Part shown: positions 1-14,767 of the stretch, in pieces
How positions within the stretch are numbered: position 1 is the first letter of the stretch
How the letters are laid out: each line of letters starts with the position of its first letter
Assembly (NCBI GenBank): GCA_964304625.1
Contig: OZ199840.1
Coordinates: 1,132,733-1,196,732, forward strand
Source: Kudoa neothunni
Taxonomy: Eukaryota > Animalia > Cnidaria
DNA: 64,000 nucleotides
Direction of reading: 5' to 3'
The notes under the pieces: generated by a model
Databases searched by the model: none
Seen by the model: only the letters and a program-made list of their open reading frames with translations
Told to the model about the DNA's origin: nothing
Made by a program: the position numbers and the translations under genes

Positions 1-29
1 ATTCAATAACCCCCCTAATCGACTAACAT

Positions 30-3000
30 CTACTTGAACCATTCGAAAATATGCCCAGCATGACTAACGTGATGACATTTGGTGCACCAACAAAAAGCAC
101 TTTTTAATAACGCTAATTCATTGCAAATTATAACAAATATCAATACAATAATCATAATACTTTGTTTTGATGATTTCATTTGGGAGGACCATTGAGTAAT
201 GGCTAACTGGCAAATGGAACATCTGGGTAACGGTTTATTGCATTTTGTACAATTTAGAGGTTGATTCGGGATAGTTTGATTGACGGTAATAAGATTGAAA
301 TTTTGATCATCTTCGGGGTAACCTTCCCAGCAATAACGCATTAAAAACAATAATTAGGGGAATAGATAGCATGCATATGTGCTATAAGTATGTGTACTTG
401 GCGCTGAGAGAGGATATTGACAGAAATTACACACGATATCTACATTATATTTTTGACCGATGCATTTGAAAAGCTGGGATTCGCTAATGGAATCCATATC
501 GAAAATTTTGTATTTTCTGATGAAAAGATCAATTTGACAACGCTCTTTCCAGAGTTTCCATTTGTTACACAGATCTCTGTAACTGTAATACAAAGATTAA
601 AGCCAACAAACACATATCGATATCTACCACATAATATAAGCGTTGAGAAGAGGACTTTTGAAGTTGATCGCACGCGATAAAGTCAAAATTAGAAGAGCAG
701 TACTTTGAATATCCTTACTCTAGTAAAGGTGACACAATGAATCAATTTATCAAAGAAACTTCTGCTATTTTACACTATAAAAATATTCCTTTATATAATG
801 TTGAAATGTAAATATTCCCCATGGGAGTATTTGATAGAGGGGTGATGGGGAGTTGCTTTTGAATTCTTTTAACAATATATCCAACTAACAATTATACCCA
901 AATTGATTTTCTATTTTATCAAATGTATTAGAGTACCGATGTGTCCTCAAGATATAACAGAGCTATCGGTATCTTATCAAACAGACTAATTTTGGATTTG
1001 TTCAATGTTTCAACCAAGTCCTTATTGGGTGTTATAAACGATATGATAAAGTTTAGATAGGGTTCATCTTGATAATCTTTGACGAGTTGATCGACGCATC
1101 TGAACCAATTGGAGGAGAGAGATTTGCTATCATATTGACTCAACGCCAAAGATAGGATCATACATTTAGGATCGTCTAAAATTCAAAATAATTAGCCGTT
1201 AACCTTAATCTAGGTCTGGGTTTGAGTCTAGTTTAGTGGTCAAATAATATTGTCAGTTGTGCATTAAATAAAATCTTCAAAGTAAGTTATTTTTTTGTTT
1301 CCTCTTTATATCATATATAATATTAATTAATAACAATAAGTTCTTATGAGAATAACATTATTGTTGAACTTACAAAATTAGAGTAAAATAATAAAATCAT
1401 GACGAGTAATAAACTAGACAACCCCAAATTTAACCTTTGTGGCGTAGTAGATAATCGACAGCTCGTTGAATTTTATTGGACACAACTGAGAGTGCTATAT
1501 TTCTGAATGGCATCTCATTGATGGTTAGCATTCTATAATAATATTTTAATTAATCATCCTAAGAGAAATTCAACCAATCCACTACTCGTTTTCGATAGTG
1601 AGCGAATTGGAGATGGTGGATTCGACCGAAATATGCCAACCAAGAAGACCCAACAAAATAGTTCTCATATCATTGGAGAAAATAGGTCTAATAAGTTGAG
1701 CTTCATTTAAAGTGGACACTTTTATTGATTTCTCAAACAGTTGAGATTTGATAAAGGTTTTGATACATTTTTGGGTGTAACCACAACACATATCCGACCA
1801 ATAGTAATGATGCGGATTGTCGTGGAATACAGACGCTCTCTTCAATTCTGAACTATTAACAAATTGACGCGAGGCAGACACATCAGGCGATGTAGAACCA
1901 GAAGATGATTGTGATTTAATACGGTCTACACCTACAGATCTCTGTTCCAATAGACTTTTATCTGTGTGATTTTGAAGCGGCACGATCGAAATCAACCCCT
2001 CATATTTCGAGTCATCTACCGTTTTAATGTGTGTGCTAAGGGGTTGGAGTCGCCCTTTCTCGAGACTAGCAAAAAATCTATTGGACACATTAGACAGGAA
2101 ATGCTCTTTGGTAGCGATATCTAACGTCATTCAGAAATTGAAACTGAGTACAACCATACAATGTATCCATTTCCAAAATTCATAAAAATCTCTATCCCCA
2201 TTAATGCACTCCTCTGAAATAGCCCCATTAATCTTAAACAAGTAGGTAATCAGTGACAACGTATTATAATCTTACAAAATTATGATATTTCAATTTAGCT
2301 CTGTGATACATAAGTGAGTCAACAGTGTTGAGAACTTTTGCGCTTACGAAACTCTCCATCCCAGGCAACGTGAATCCATTGATAGTAGAAAAATCCACAT
2401 CAACGTTGGCATTTAAAGTTGTAGTAGAAAGTTCACCTTTTTTATTCACACACATCAATATATCACGATCAACCAGATGAAAATCGTTAATATGATTATT
2501 CCTTATTTTGTATAAAAATTGAGTAGTGAAAGGATCCCAGTTTTTAAAAGATGAAGTTTGAAGCTGCTCACTTAAACAGTTACCTTCCTTAAATTTACTG
2601 TAATAAAACTGAATTGCACCATCATTTTGCTGATAGCAGATGGTTTTATCAAAAAGCTTTATGTTATCCAAGTAGTGATCGATCCCATGTTTAAATGAAC
2701 ATTTTTTCATCATTCTCAGATCCCAATATTGAACCAACGGGTAGGAGCTTGAAAACTAAAATCAAGTATTTATCACATTTCGAAAATCTAGGCAATAAGC
2801 TAACACTGTTGTTAAGATTAGTGGAGGTGTTGAACGCACGTTTGGTGTGACTAACAAAAATGAAATCGTTCAAAAACTTCAATGAAAATGTTGATTTCGA
2901 GGGATATTTTGCAGAATAATCTTCACATCGTATATCGTATATAAACAGATGAGATCTGTTATTGCCACTCAGAATATAATTGGCATCGTTAGGCAACCAT

Positions 3001-3895
3001 GACACCTCATCAATAATATTTCTTGTAGCTAGATAAGATTTTTATGGTATTGGATGAGGTGATTTTAAAATCTATATACCCCATCTATTAACCGCTGTAA
3101 AACGGTGACAATCAGCCGACACCTCATATAAATGGAGTGAGTTTGTTGAGGTTTTTCTACCGAACCCTGCTACAAACTTCCAACGGTCAACTTTATTCCA
3201 TTTTGCTACGTGACATTCCTCGTCATACCTTATTGCTAGATATTAAGATTCATTAATAGTATTTTATGCAGTTGTCAAAAATTGAAAATTATCAGGAACG
3301 TACTATTCACACATTTCACTGTGTTGAAACTAGAATAATCAACAATATAAATCATATATTCACCACAATTTTGGTTACTCATAATAATATAATGCGTTGT
3401 TATGCAGTGATGGTACAAGAGCCATATTGTCGAGGTTGATGTCAATCTCCTAAATTAATTTAAAAATTGATCACACAAACAACCACTAGAACAAACAAAT
3501 ATGTGGCACCCCATTAACAATGATATTTTCGATTGAAGCACTGTATTGAATTTCGACATGGTTACCGATATTTTCTACAATCAACCACACATTAATTAAA
3601 AGTAATAAATTAAGTTATTACGAGTGGTGCTCTGAATAACTGGAGTAGACGTTGTTGTTGGATTATTGCATTTAAGCGTTTCGATCTTTTCTATTTTTCT
3701 ACCATTTGGGATATCGTTTTCATGATCTACTTGAGGGTGTTGCCAATTGGAGCAATCTTCTTCGTTCACACTTGACCCATTGTACCCCAGGTTTCTATTG
3801 ACAATGTGTGCCAAACGAATTTCTCTACCGTAGAGGAGAAATGTGTTTGGGTCAGAAGGGAATGTGGTTACATGGTATTTCAAAGTGTGTGACAT
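30..3895 (-). CDS. MIOS: GATOR2 complex WD-repeat/zinc-finger protein MIOS (multi-exon; last exon lies beyond the left window edge)
   Basis: N-terminal WD40-like exons (MSHTLKYHVTTFPSDPNTF..., SWLPNDANYILSG, VQYWDLR). C-terminal exons read YRDLCNKWKLWKERC, VCNFC, CTKCNKPLPRCSIC and WCTKCHHVSHAGHIFEWF, matching the Mio/MIOS C-terminal zinc-finger/RING signature. GT-AG introns join the ORF fragments. Confidence 0.9.
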
Positions 3896-5861
3896 GAATC
3901 AAGACCTACGAGGTTCCACTTTACGTTTTTGCTAACGTGAATATCAGGCCTGTGTTAATCTGTTTAAATCATGAATAATCTCTTCTCATCACTTTTAAGT
4001 GTTTTACACAAAATTTGAATACTTATTATTTTTGAACTATTTTTAACTACACATGTATTAAAATTATATGTAGTTTTTCGAATAGGTAAAAGATTTTTTT
4101 AATTTATATAAGTATTAATGTATTAGACCTTATATGTTTATTTTGTTCAGAAAAACACTAAAAAACACTTATTTATGCATTTTACTTGAATTTTATATAA
4201 TTATCTTAAAGGTAAAAAATCTTCCAAAATAACGATTAACCATTAACCATTAACCAACCAACCAACTTCTGACAAATTATCTGGCTCTAATCTCATGAGT
4301 TCATGAGTGCGCCTGCATCAAAACAAATTATTTAAAACCAATTTTGAATTGAAATTTTATACTATAAACAATATTAGACGTTGATTTTTCATACAAAAAT
4401 TTATCAAAAAATTTTGTTTTTTTCACAATGCACATAGACGTTAATATTCAGAAGGGCAATTTAAATAAATACTTAAGACAGTGGCGTTTCAAAACCTCGG
4501 ATCGGATCACCTTATTCTTACGCGGTTGACGGAAAATTTGTAATTAGTCTAGAACGACGCGGGACAGCTGAACTTGTGTCATGTAAGGTACCTCTATTTA
4601 GAAAATGTTAAACTTTAGATTAGAGATGTATTTATTAGGTATAATGTCACATTCAAATTTATCGAATCTAAAAGAATACATGCTATAATGTTTGTTAATT
4701 TTATTATGAATGGAGCGAAATTATAAATAATAAATATTTTGTGTTTTTTTATTTGAATATGAAGACAAACAGTTAATAAATACTAGTAATTTTTAACTTT
4801 TATTGGAAATATCATTTCCTCTAAAAAATAAAATTTCTAAAAATAACATAATAATTAAATAAAAAATATAACTTATATTTTAAGCATTATTTATAACAAG
4901 GGATCGTAGTTTTCGGTATGTATCTTCAAAAAAATCGACAACTAAATTCGACGTTTATTTTGGTTGAACCCATCGAGCGCGCACGCATGTATATTTAATC
5001 ATTTTAAATTAAAAAAAATGTGGAACAAACTCCTCACGAAACATTTTTCATATCAAATAGCTATAGCGGATGAACGTCGATAACAATAACGAAAACCAAA
5101 GTTTTCTCAATGATGTCATTTTTTCTATCTCTAAAAAAATAACTGGCAGAGAAATGTGTTGAACGCTTTTTCAACGAAATATGTTTCTTTGACTTTATTG
5201 GTTCGTAAATTATATTTTTCTGTAGAGATAATTTTACTGTGAGATATTTACAGGTTAACTCATTTTCCACCTCTATATCGATCCAACCAACAAGAAAATT
5301 ATCAATTTTATTCCGGTTATTATCACTTTCAAGTTTTTCGGGGGAAATAAACCGAAATTTTTTTTAAATTTGACGATTAAAATCAATTTAATCGAAAATT
5401 GAGATCCCAATTTACAACATTAATGAAAATATGAAAAAGTCAAGTTAATGATTAAAAAGCTCGGGTAATAGGTAATAAGTAATAAGTAGATACAAGACAA
5501 ACTTGACAGTTTAATATTATTAGTTTAAAAGACGCCATTAAATATCGAAATATTCTGGTGGAATTAGTGCTAAATAATATTTTTAACTCAACAAGAAATT
5601 AAGTTCAAACTATTTTCAATCAATAAAAGATTTTAAATGTATATAATAAATATTATTTAAAATATGAAAATTAAATTTTAATTCAATTAATCATTATTAA
5701 TATTTACGTAGGTAGCAGCAGCTAAAACGATGGGAAAACATTGGGTTAACGCGTAAAGCACAAAAACTAAGGGTTATTATCAACTATTAAGATAGTTCGA
5801 TTGCAATAATGTTATTGATAACGAGCTTTCTGATCGATACAATCACCAGCAGAATGATAAT

Positions 5862-7009
5862 TCACTCGGCGGAAGGAATTTGTTTGAGGAATTCTTCCAA
5901 TACATTGTACAACAACGACGTGCGACTATCGGAAATAGCGGTGATACTTTGATGGATTTTGAGCGTCTCTTCCTTGGAATAAGATACCTCACGACCGTCA
6001 TCACAAACGTTGGTGACAACACAGACCGCAAGACATTTGAGTCCAAGATGAGCAGCTGTTATAATTTCAGGTACTACACTCATGCCCACCATATCAGCTC
6101 CTACCTAAAAATTTATTCAAACATGATATGATTGTGGTAGATTTAATTTTCTGTGCTATTATCACAGTAGAATACGACTATGTGGAATAATCTAAAAAAT
6201 TACAAGTCGAAGAAGACGTATTTCGGCTGGTGTCTCAAATTGAGGACCTCCAACAGAAACATAAACACCTTGGTGTATGTCGGGGATGTTTGGGACTGAT
6301 TTAGCGCTGGTTTCAAACAATTTGATGAGTCCTGGATCGTAGCAATCCTTCATTGGAACAAATCTTGGACCAAATCGTGGATCGTTGGGCCCAATAAGTG
6401 GGCATTTTCCTCCCAACCCAGGAAAATAAATGTGATCTACGATGGTAACAAAGTCACCAATCTTGTATCGTGTATTGATTGCACCCACTGCGCCGGTAAC
6501 CATCACAAACTTCACTCCCAATATTGCCAAAACTCTCAACGGAAATACACACTAAAATTCAATCTTTGCATCAACTACCATCCTCCATATTGCGATAATT
6601 TACCATAAGTGCAGATTTAGTCTCGTAATAATGTATTCTACCACACATTACGATCACTTCCACATTTCCGATTTGACCAATAGCAAACTTATTTTCGTGA
6701 GATTTAGCTACAATTATTTTCGAATGTATGCAATTCAAAATTAATCTATGTCGTCACCTGCACTACAGGGAAAATTTTCAATGTCACCAAAATTTACCAC
6801 TTTGGTCACATTCATCAATTTGTATATGCCAGTCAGCCCACTTCCCATAATCAACAATACTCTTGGTATATCACGCCCTATGAGTTCCCGTAAATGATTG
6901 GCAATCTGTTCACAGTATTCGTAGGTGCTTTTTGGATAAATTGATTAGAGCACACACTTTCGATTGCATATTACCCATAAATTTCATCAGGTATATCCTC
7001 CTTGGCCAT
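5862..7009 (-). CDS. PNP: Purine nucleoside phosphorylase (trimeric, eukaryotic type), 5 exons
   Basis: Spliced product from ATG 7009: MAKEDIP...IMGSGL...GRIHYYE...VTGAVGA...DHIYFPG...GPNDPRFGPRF...GPQFETPAE...VGADMVGMSVVPE...VVTN. Includes a 27-nt intron at ~6552-6578. Confidence 0.95.
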
Positions 7010-9233
7010 TTTTACCACCTAAGACGATACCGCTCACTATAAACAAAGAGCTAAATCCTATTAACCACACGCGGACAGAACTCTTTTCTATTATAATCTG
7101 GTTTCAATATTAATTTAATGATGTTTGCTAGAAGTTCTAAGCTGCCTTGGTCCATCCTACTCAATCATACATTATTATATTCCATTTACATTCTAACAGA
7201 ATGATCCTCATATTTATTACTATTTCTAAAACAGTAAAACATCTCCTCATGTTCGAATAAAAATTTAAATATCAGTTTATATTTTATCTGCCTTCCCAAA
7301 ACCCACCATCTAAATTAACAATGGGATGCAAGGTCGCTTCCACGTTCAACCAGATTATAAACGAATCCTCAAATTTAATTCACATTCTGCCTCGTTGAAC
7401 ACGAATTTTAACTGTTTTTTACTTTTTTCCTTGCAATATATTATTTCTTTTGAATTTTTATGTAATCTTTTACCATGAAAATAATATAAAAAATGTGTAT
7501 TAATTATATTTTTAATTATTTTTAAAATCAAACAACATGAAAATCGTAATCTATTTTATTATTCTAAGTATAATATATGCTTGAGATAATAAGCGAGAAA
7601 TTTCTCAGCAGCTTCATCAAACCATTATAGCTTAAGTTAACACCTTATTCTACGCAGAGGTTGATAAAGCTATGCCGGCTTTAACGGGATCTACATTGGA
7701 TTAATAATAAAGGTGCCCATGACTCACTAGAGGAAATCCTATTCGCTTATGGATTGTTACCCAGGCCTTCAATATCCCATTTGAAGATAAAATTAATAAC
7801 CCAATTTAAGACCGTTAAGACTCCTTTTACATGAAAATTATCGAATTTTTCGGAATAGATAATATTTATCTAAGCACCATAAGCAATGAGCAAATATTCA
7901 CTGCGTGAGAACCAATATATAACCAATTGTTTCAAGAGTTATTTTGATAACTAATATTTGCTATTTAGAACCTTTAAGGATCAATAATTCGATGATTTCT
8001 TTTTCACCGAACCCATAGAGAAATCTCGGGACTAATCGATATTTTAAAGTTTTTTAATTATAATATACCCGGGATAATTCGGTAAATTAAAATTATAAGA
8101 CACAGGAGAGGAAAAATATTCTAATATTTTTAAAAGAGTACGATTAAAATTAATTTTTTATTAAATTTTTATCTTTATTGGTTTTTACTAATTTTCCGTA
8201 CCGTTACGTGATAATAACACTAATAAGAGTCCTATGAAATAATAATTTGTTTTCTAAATTATATATTAAATAAAAAATATTTTTAGTTATTTGGTTTGGG
8301 GATGATTTCAATTCGTGCATTTTGTTTGGATAAATCTTGTATTATTCAATAAATTATATTCTCATGACGAAATAAAATGTAATCATTTTTAACAATAATT
8401 ACTTGAAAAAACTTACATCTCATTATCATTTGTGTCGAAATATTCAATCAAGGATACATATTTGAGCTTATTTTAATTTCACCCTGGAGAGTTTGTAACT
8501 CTATTTTCCTTCTTTTGGAAAATTCAGCTAAATCGTTATATTTTTCAAAGCATAAAAGCTAATAAATATATGTTTAAAATGAGATAATTATTGTCTCCAG
8601 AAAGCATTGCTAGTAGTGACGTCCAGAACAGATTATTTTATTTTCGTTTGTGAATTATTTTGCCGGTGTTATTAAAATTTTTCGAAATTCTCAATTATTT
8701 CGTGCTTCTTCTCTGAAATTTATAGTTAAGACGAGGTTTGTTCCTGCCTGCATTATACGAAAGAGGAAATTTCTTTTTTTTTCGTACGTAAATTAGCTTT
8801 AAACTTTAATCCAGGTAAACACAAACAAGAATGAATATATGAAGATCATTTCCTGGCTCAGAAACATTTGTAGTAGGATTTATTGAAGTATAAACAACGT
8901 GTTTACCAATAGAACGAGAGTAGTATTTCTTACATATTTTTTGTTAAAAATCAATGATTTAATATTGCGATACAAATATTGAAAAATTTTACACAAAATT
9001 AAGGCATACGAATATTACATTAACAGGATCAACTTTCAATCTATTCATTAAAGCCTAAATTCACCTTGTCTTTAAATTAATAGCATAAAATTCAAGAAAT
9101 AACGTGATTTTGTGAAGTGTATAGATAATTACTTCATAAGTTTATCTTTTCACGTGAAAATAGAAAATTTGATCCAAGTGACTATTTATACATAAATTTT
9201 GAAGTGTATTTTATTTATTTACATAGTCTAGGT

Positions 9234-9913
9234 CATTGTTTCCCAACCTTATATCGTTCACGCCCCACATTTTTCATAAGTATTGATTTTTTTTATTTAA
9301 ACAGCGTATAATTTTGAATCAAGCTTAATGTCACATGCAAATTTGAAAATGATTAATATAGATTCTTTTCTAATTAAAAATGAGGTAGATTCGACTAGAT
9401 CTAATTTGATTAATCGATAAACCTTAAAAATTAACATCTTTATTTCTTCATTTCGTCAAAAATAGCGTTTAATGAAACTCGTTCTAATCTAGCGAATATT
9501 AAGCAAGATATTCATATACACGATTCTTATAAAACCAAAAGAGATGAGCTATATAGGAAATTGGTCAATATTACATAGGTTAAATCACGATTATAAATGA
9601 GACAAGGCTGGGGTTAAAACCAAAACGATTCTATTTGGCTAAAGACCAAGTTGAATGTTATTATGTATGTTTGTGTATAATTAAGAATCACTTTTGATAT
9701 TGTCTTAGGATATTAATGGTCACTTAAAAATAAACGAAATCGAAAATTGAGATATCGACATCAAAGTATCTCACACTGCTCAATTATCGCACATAATCCA
9801 TTCCACATAAATGCTCAGGATTTTCCTCGTAACACCAGCGGCATTCATTAAACGTTCAAAAATTTCTATGACCCATAGAAATTTTAACACGCCCCCATAT
9901 TGGGAAACAACTG
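9234..9913. mobile_element. Non-autonomous hAT (Buster/Charlie-like) MITE, 680 bp
   Basis: Termini CATTGTTTCCCAAC ... TTGGGAAACAACTG. Flanking 8-mers GTCTAGGT (9226-9233) and GTCTAGTT (9914-9921) form a 7/8 TSD with central TA. Confidence 0.85.
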
Positions 9914-10163
9914 GTCTAGTTCTTAATTTATATTTTCTATTCTAGCAGCAGACAGAAATATGGTGCATGAAGATTAATTATGATGATTTTAACCGAGTTA
10001 GGAAAATGATAATCATATTTAAATAAAACAAAAAATATTTCAATAACTATCAAATACAACAAAATAAAGATGAAGAACAAGAAAATTGATAACTTGATCA
10101 ATCATTTTTTTTCTCAGTAAAAATACAAATAATATAATAAACAAATGATTAACGAATTTTATG

Positions 10164-10176
10164 AAAAAAACAAAAA
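10164..10176 (-). terminator. Pol III T-run terminator of the 5S gene
   Basis: TTTTTGTTTTTTT a few nt downstream of the 5S 3' end on the minus strand. Confidence 0.8.
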
Positions 10177-10179
10177 GGG

Positions 10180-10298
10180 AATCTGCAACACCCAGGGTTC
10201 CCAGAGGGTCGCCCACTCGAGTACTAGCTGAGCCGACAGCTGCTTAACTTCGGTGATCTGACGGGTACCGGTGTTACCAACTACGTATGATCGCAGAC
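10180..10298 (-). rRNA. 5S ribosomal RNA (single copy)
   Basis: Reverse complement reads GTCTGCGATCATAC...CCGTCAGATCACCGAAGTTAAGC...AGTACTCGAGTGGGCGACC...GGGAACCCTGGGTGTTGCAGATT, about 119 nt. Helices I and II pair, and box A and box C are recognisable. Confidence 0.96.
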
Positions 10299-10321
10299 GT
10301 ACGTGGTGCATGTCAATTAAC

Positions 10322-10328
10322 TTATATA
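10322..10328 (-). promoter_or_regulatory. TATA-like element upstream of the 5S gene
   Basis: TATATAA at -30 to -24 relative to the 5S start. The AT-rich background weakens the call. Confidence 0.5.
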
Positions 10329-12755
10329 ATTTAAAATAAATTATTATTTAATACTTTTTCGTCAAATTGATAGTAAGAGTGATTAAATTAGATATTGTTT
10401 TAACAATTTTATATATAATAATGTTACTGGAAAATGTAAATCCTTCAATTTTCAAAATCAGGAAATTGTTGCTTGGCGTAGCAATCTATTTACGTTACAA
10501 TTAAACAATTATGGCATCAGATTAGCAAAAATTTAATAAAAATTGATGATAATGAATTTTCAAATGTAAAAAAGTGAATATTTCTGGGACGGTGCATCTT
10601 AGATATCTATGAATGAACGAGTGATGAAATCAATAAAGCTTTATGCAAGTTTGTATTCCACTTAACTTAAAGACAGACCCCAGCATAATATTACAACTCA
10701 TTGGTTAAATTATTTTTTGCTTTTTACATAATATTCTTTAATATTATAAGCAGAGCTAAACCCCTTTAAAATTGAAAATATCTCTTTATTGAATCCAAAA
10801 TTATCTTATTCTACACTATTATTTTGTCACAACGGGAGCCATATTTTGGGGGAATTATAATAATACAAATCTGAAAAGATTTAGACTTTAAATACTAAAT
10901 TATTTTAATTAAAGTTGCATACTATCTTGATCTAATTTCACGTAATATATGGTTGTATTATTTGAATCGTTTTAATATTTTCAACATTTTTTATTTATAA
11001 AAATTTATTTCAGAAAACTTTTAATGTTTAAATAACTCGTGGAACATTTAAAATCTAAATAAATCCATAATCTCTTCTCGAAATCCGTCTAACATGAGGA
11101 AATCTTGACATCAAAAGCATTATATAATTTGAATACAACGATTTTTTATTAAAATCTAACGGATTTTTTACCATTTAAATTGTTTAAAACCAATTTCTTA
11201 ATCTAAATAAATATATGAAAAATTAAACGTTACTACATTCACTTTTGCTATTTCCATATACAATCTAACCTTGTTTATTCGAAAATCGCGTTATAGCGAC
11301 CAATTTTTGAAATCTACATAAATTCTTAGTAAATAAACCTCCATTAACTACAAAATCAATGGCAGATATCCAAAACAATTTTTCGCTCAAATTTGCGTAT
11401 AAAATACACTGAAATTATTTCAGTGAAATCTGGATTAGCGTCTGTTCAAAAGAAACTCATATTTTTATTATTATATATACGAGTTTATAATTAAAATAGT
11501 TTATGTTTGATTAATTAACGCAAATTGACATAAATATTATAGCACTTCTAATTCAACGTGCAACCGTCTTGAATGTGAACGGATACGTGGCAGGAAGAAA
11601 AATTTATTTTTACATTTTTATGAATAATCTAATACAATGAATAATAAAATTCATAATATTGTTTAATCGAAAACTATCAATGACCCCATAAGACCCATTT
11701 AACTATGGGGCTTGCTCATCTCAACAACCATCACATTTTTCTTTTTTCCATAAAATCCCCAATTCAAAGTCTCATCGAGACTCAATTTTTTCATTTGAGA
11801 GTAAAAGCTAAAAATAAGGCCTATCTGAAATTAAGAAGAAATACTAAAATTCGTTGCGGAGAACTCTGAGAAACTACTCCTTATTGATACTTTAATTATT
11901 TTACCATCATCAATGAGGCAAACAAAAATATTAAAAAATGTAAGAGATTATTAATTTAATAATAATAATAATAATCTATCTTCTAGAATCTAGAATCTAG
12001 AAAGTTTTATTTTAATATAGCGCAGCAACATTCCAGTCTTATGTATTCGTAGCGTGCGCACGCATGTTGCTTTAGATCTGGAATACCGTATCTTAAAATA
12101 TTCTCGCCTTTTATTTACCACTCCAATTTATGTATAATGTTTGATATTTAATATCAAAGAAACGTAGAATAGCGAACAATAAAATATGTAACCAACCCCC
12201 CAATTTCTTTTGTGCGTGCACACACAACGAAACTTAATTTAACCGAAATTTTGATATCTTAAAAGAATACAGTTGATCTCCTACATTTTCATATTAATGG
12301 GATTCGAATTTATTATGTTTTGATTTCTTTATTTTAAAGGCATTATTTTAAATATATGAATTATTAAACTCATACGTAATCATAATCAGAGTAAACCCTT
12401 GAATAATGATTTAATTTTATTTCTTGTCTTTCTCAAGAAAATGAAAAAATAAACGATTAGATTTCACATAATACAAATTATCTCATTTAGTTGATCCTAG
12501 CTGAATATTATAAAAATATTTGAATTAAAATTAAAGTGATTAATTAAATATTTAAAGAATAAATTCTAAACTATATTACAGTAAGATATATTTATTACGC
12601 CATCTAAGAACAATTTTTAATGATATTTCGTGAAAAAATCATTCAAAAAAATATTTTTTAAAACATGTAATATTATATATTACTAGCTGACTAACTAATT
12701 AAGTATATGTCTAATAATGACATTCATTGGATGAATTTCCATTGTTAAATATGGC

Positions 12756-14179
12756 CTAGTTGTGTGATATGTAGTCTTTGACAAAATCAATAAATTCGTT
12801 GTTTTGAAGAATGGAAACATGTTCGACTTCGGCGATGTGTTTGACAGTATTTTTTTTATTTTTGTTGTCTTTTATTATACCCAAACAGGATTTAAGTTCA
12901 TCAACCGAAAGAGTTCCATCCCCATCTTCTTTGACCTGCTCTCTACTATGGTAATCGTTGTGTTTGTCCAAGGTTGCATAGGTCACGGTCGGGGACTTTG
13001 GTGCTGTAAATACAAACAAATGGAACATCCACACTTTTTCCAATCCATGGATCGGGGATTTTCATTTTTTTTATGTCTGAGTAAACATTATCCAAAATTT
13101 CGTTTTGAAGCATTGAAATGTTTCGAGTTGTATAAACGACTTTGGGTGTCTTAACCAGAATCTAAAAGGTTGGCTGGTGCGGTTGATAATCAAGCACAAA
13201 CATCATACCTTATCTGGTCCAAAATATTTCTTGCTTGGAGTTAAGTAATAGACCGAAGGGAATGTGGAGAACATACCTCGAATGAAACCTTTGGGCAAAG
13301 GGACAGAAGAGAATCCACTCTCCCCAAAAAGGCCACCTAAAACAGTTTTTATTGTGCCTGCAAAGGCAGCGTCTATTCCAAAAAAAGTGTGGATATGTTT
13401 GTGTTTCCATTCGACTGATTTTGTCGAGAGGAATTGATTAAATACGGGCCCTCCCATACTGTGAGTAAAAACAATAACCTTCTTTTTCTTCAGTGAGTAC
13501 AAATATTCGATTAGTTTGGTCAACCTCTCGTTATATGCCGCCTTGTATGACTCCACTGTAAAAAATATTAATGCGATAGTTAAAATGAGGGAAACAAATC
13601 GAATATTTACTTGGAAATTTTCGGAAATCATATGGTGCCGCTTTAATATTGATATCAGGAATGTATCCAAGTTCATCTTCAAGCATTTCCAGCAATTCAT
13701 CGTAATAATCGAAAAGTTTGAACACACGGTTTCCCAAGTACTCCACTGATCGGACATTTCCGAAAAGAGTGGTAATATCAGCTCCAGGAGCATCATCCAT
13801 TTCATTTGTTTTTTTGTTATAATGCAACCTAGAATCTGATTTACAACCTTTCCATAAACAAATTAATAACTTGAAGTAATGAGAGAAACAATGAAAAGGT
13901 ACAAACTCTCGGATCCGAATCCAAATTTTATGGAATTTACTTCGATTTGGACAGAATTTCGGAGTGTCTTTGTTTTTATGGAGTGATCCGTACAAATGAC
14001 TTCCAAGAAGTCCCGGAACTATTTAAATTAAGATAATAATTGCTTTAACAAACAACCGTTCTACTCAACACAATCGGGTTTAGGTCTTTATTGACTTTTT
14101 CTTCGTTTGCTTCGTATCGAAACTGAAATAGAATAATCACAAATAGAAAAACTAAACTCAGTTTTTTTATCAGATGCAT
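12756..14179 (-). CDS. LCAT / lysosomal phospholipase A2 (group XV)-like acyltransferase, paralog 1
   Basis: Hydrophobic signal-like N-terminus, NPIVL-IPGLLGS, AAPYDFR, lipase nucleophile THSMGG, DGDGT (Asp) and VEH (His). Multi-exon. Confidence 0.92.
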
Positions 14180-14767
14180 TTAAAATGATCTAACCTTTCA
14201 ACATTTTTTCTGAAAAGTTCATCTTTGCGTTTATTATAATAAAACACAATTGAATAAGTAATTTAGAACAAATAAATATCCATTGGATACGAAACGATGA
14301 AATGTAATTTCGATAATTGAAACCATTGAATGTCGCGTGTATTTTTCAGTCATTGATTAACTTTTATTTAGACGATCAGTTGTTACTAGTATTATAAGTT
14401 CATTAATCTATATCCTAGATTTTTATCAATGTTATAATATGATTTGCTATAGTTTAACGATGAGCACATATGGTAAACTATCACCTTAACCATTGATAAA
14501 TTTTAAGTATAATTCTCGAGAAAAATTTTATACATTATTAAAATAAGTAAATCAATTGATTTTAAACCAAGCAAATGTTATCAATAATAGAACTTAAACA
14601 AATTTTTACAAGTCTTGACATAAATGTACCGTTGATTGGTTTTAAATTGTCAATGCAGACTCTAACGAATATTTTTGAGACCTAATAATATGCGGATTCA
14701 TTATATCGATGCAGATCCTATTTAAATGTTCTTGATTTACTATTTTAATGATTCCTATCATAAAATA

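Noticed and set aside
4528-4600. Possible spliced-leader RNA gene (ACGGAAAA...TAAG|GTACC)
   Set aside because: Only superficial resemblance to a hydrozoan SL, no convincing Sm site, and it follows a hAT-like terminal fragment.
7320-7360. Penelope-like RT motif (MGCKVASTF)
   Set aside because: A single short motif with no other RT motifs nearby.
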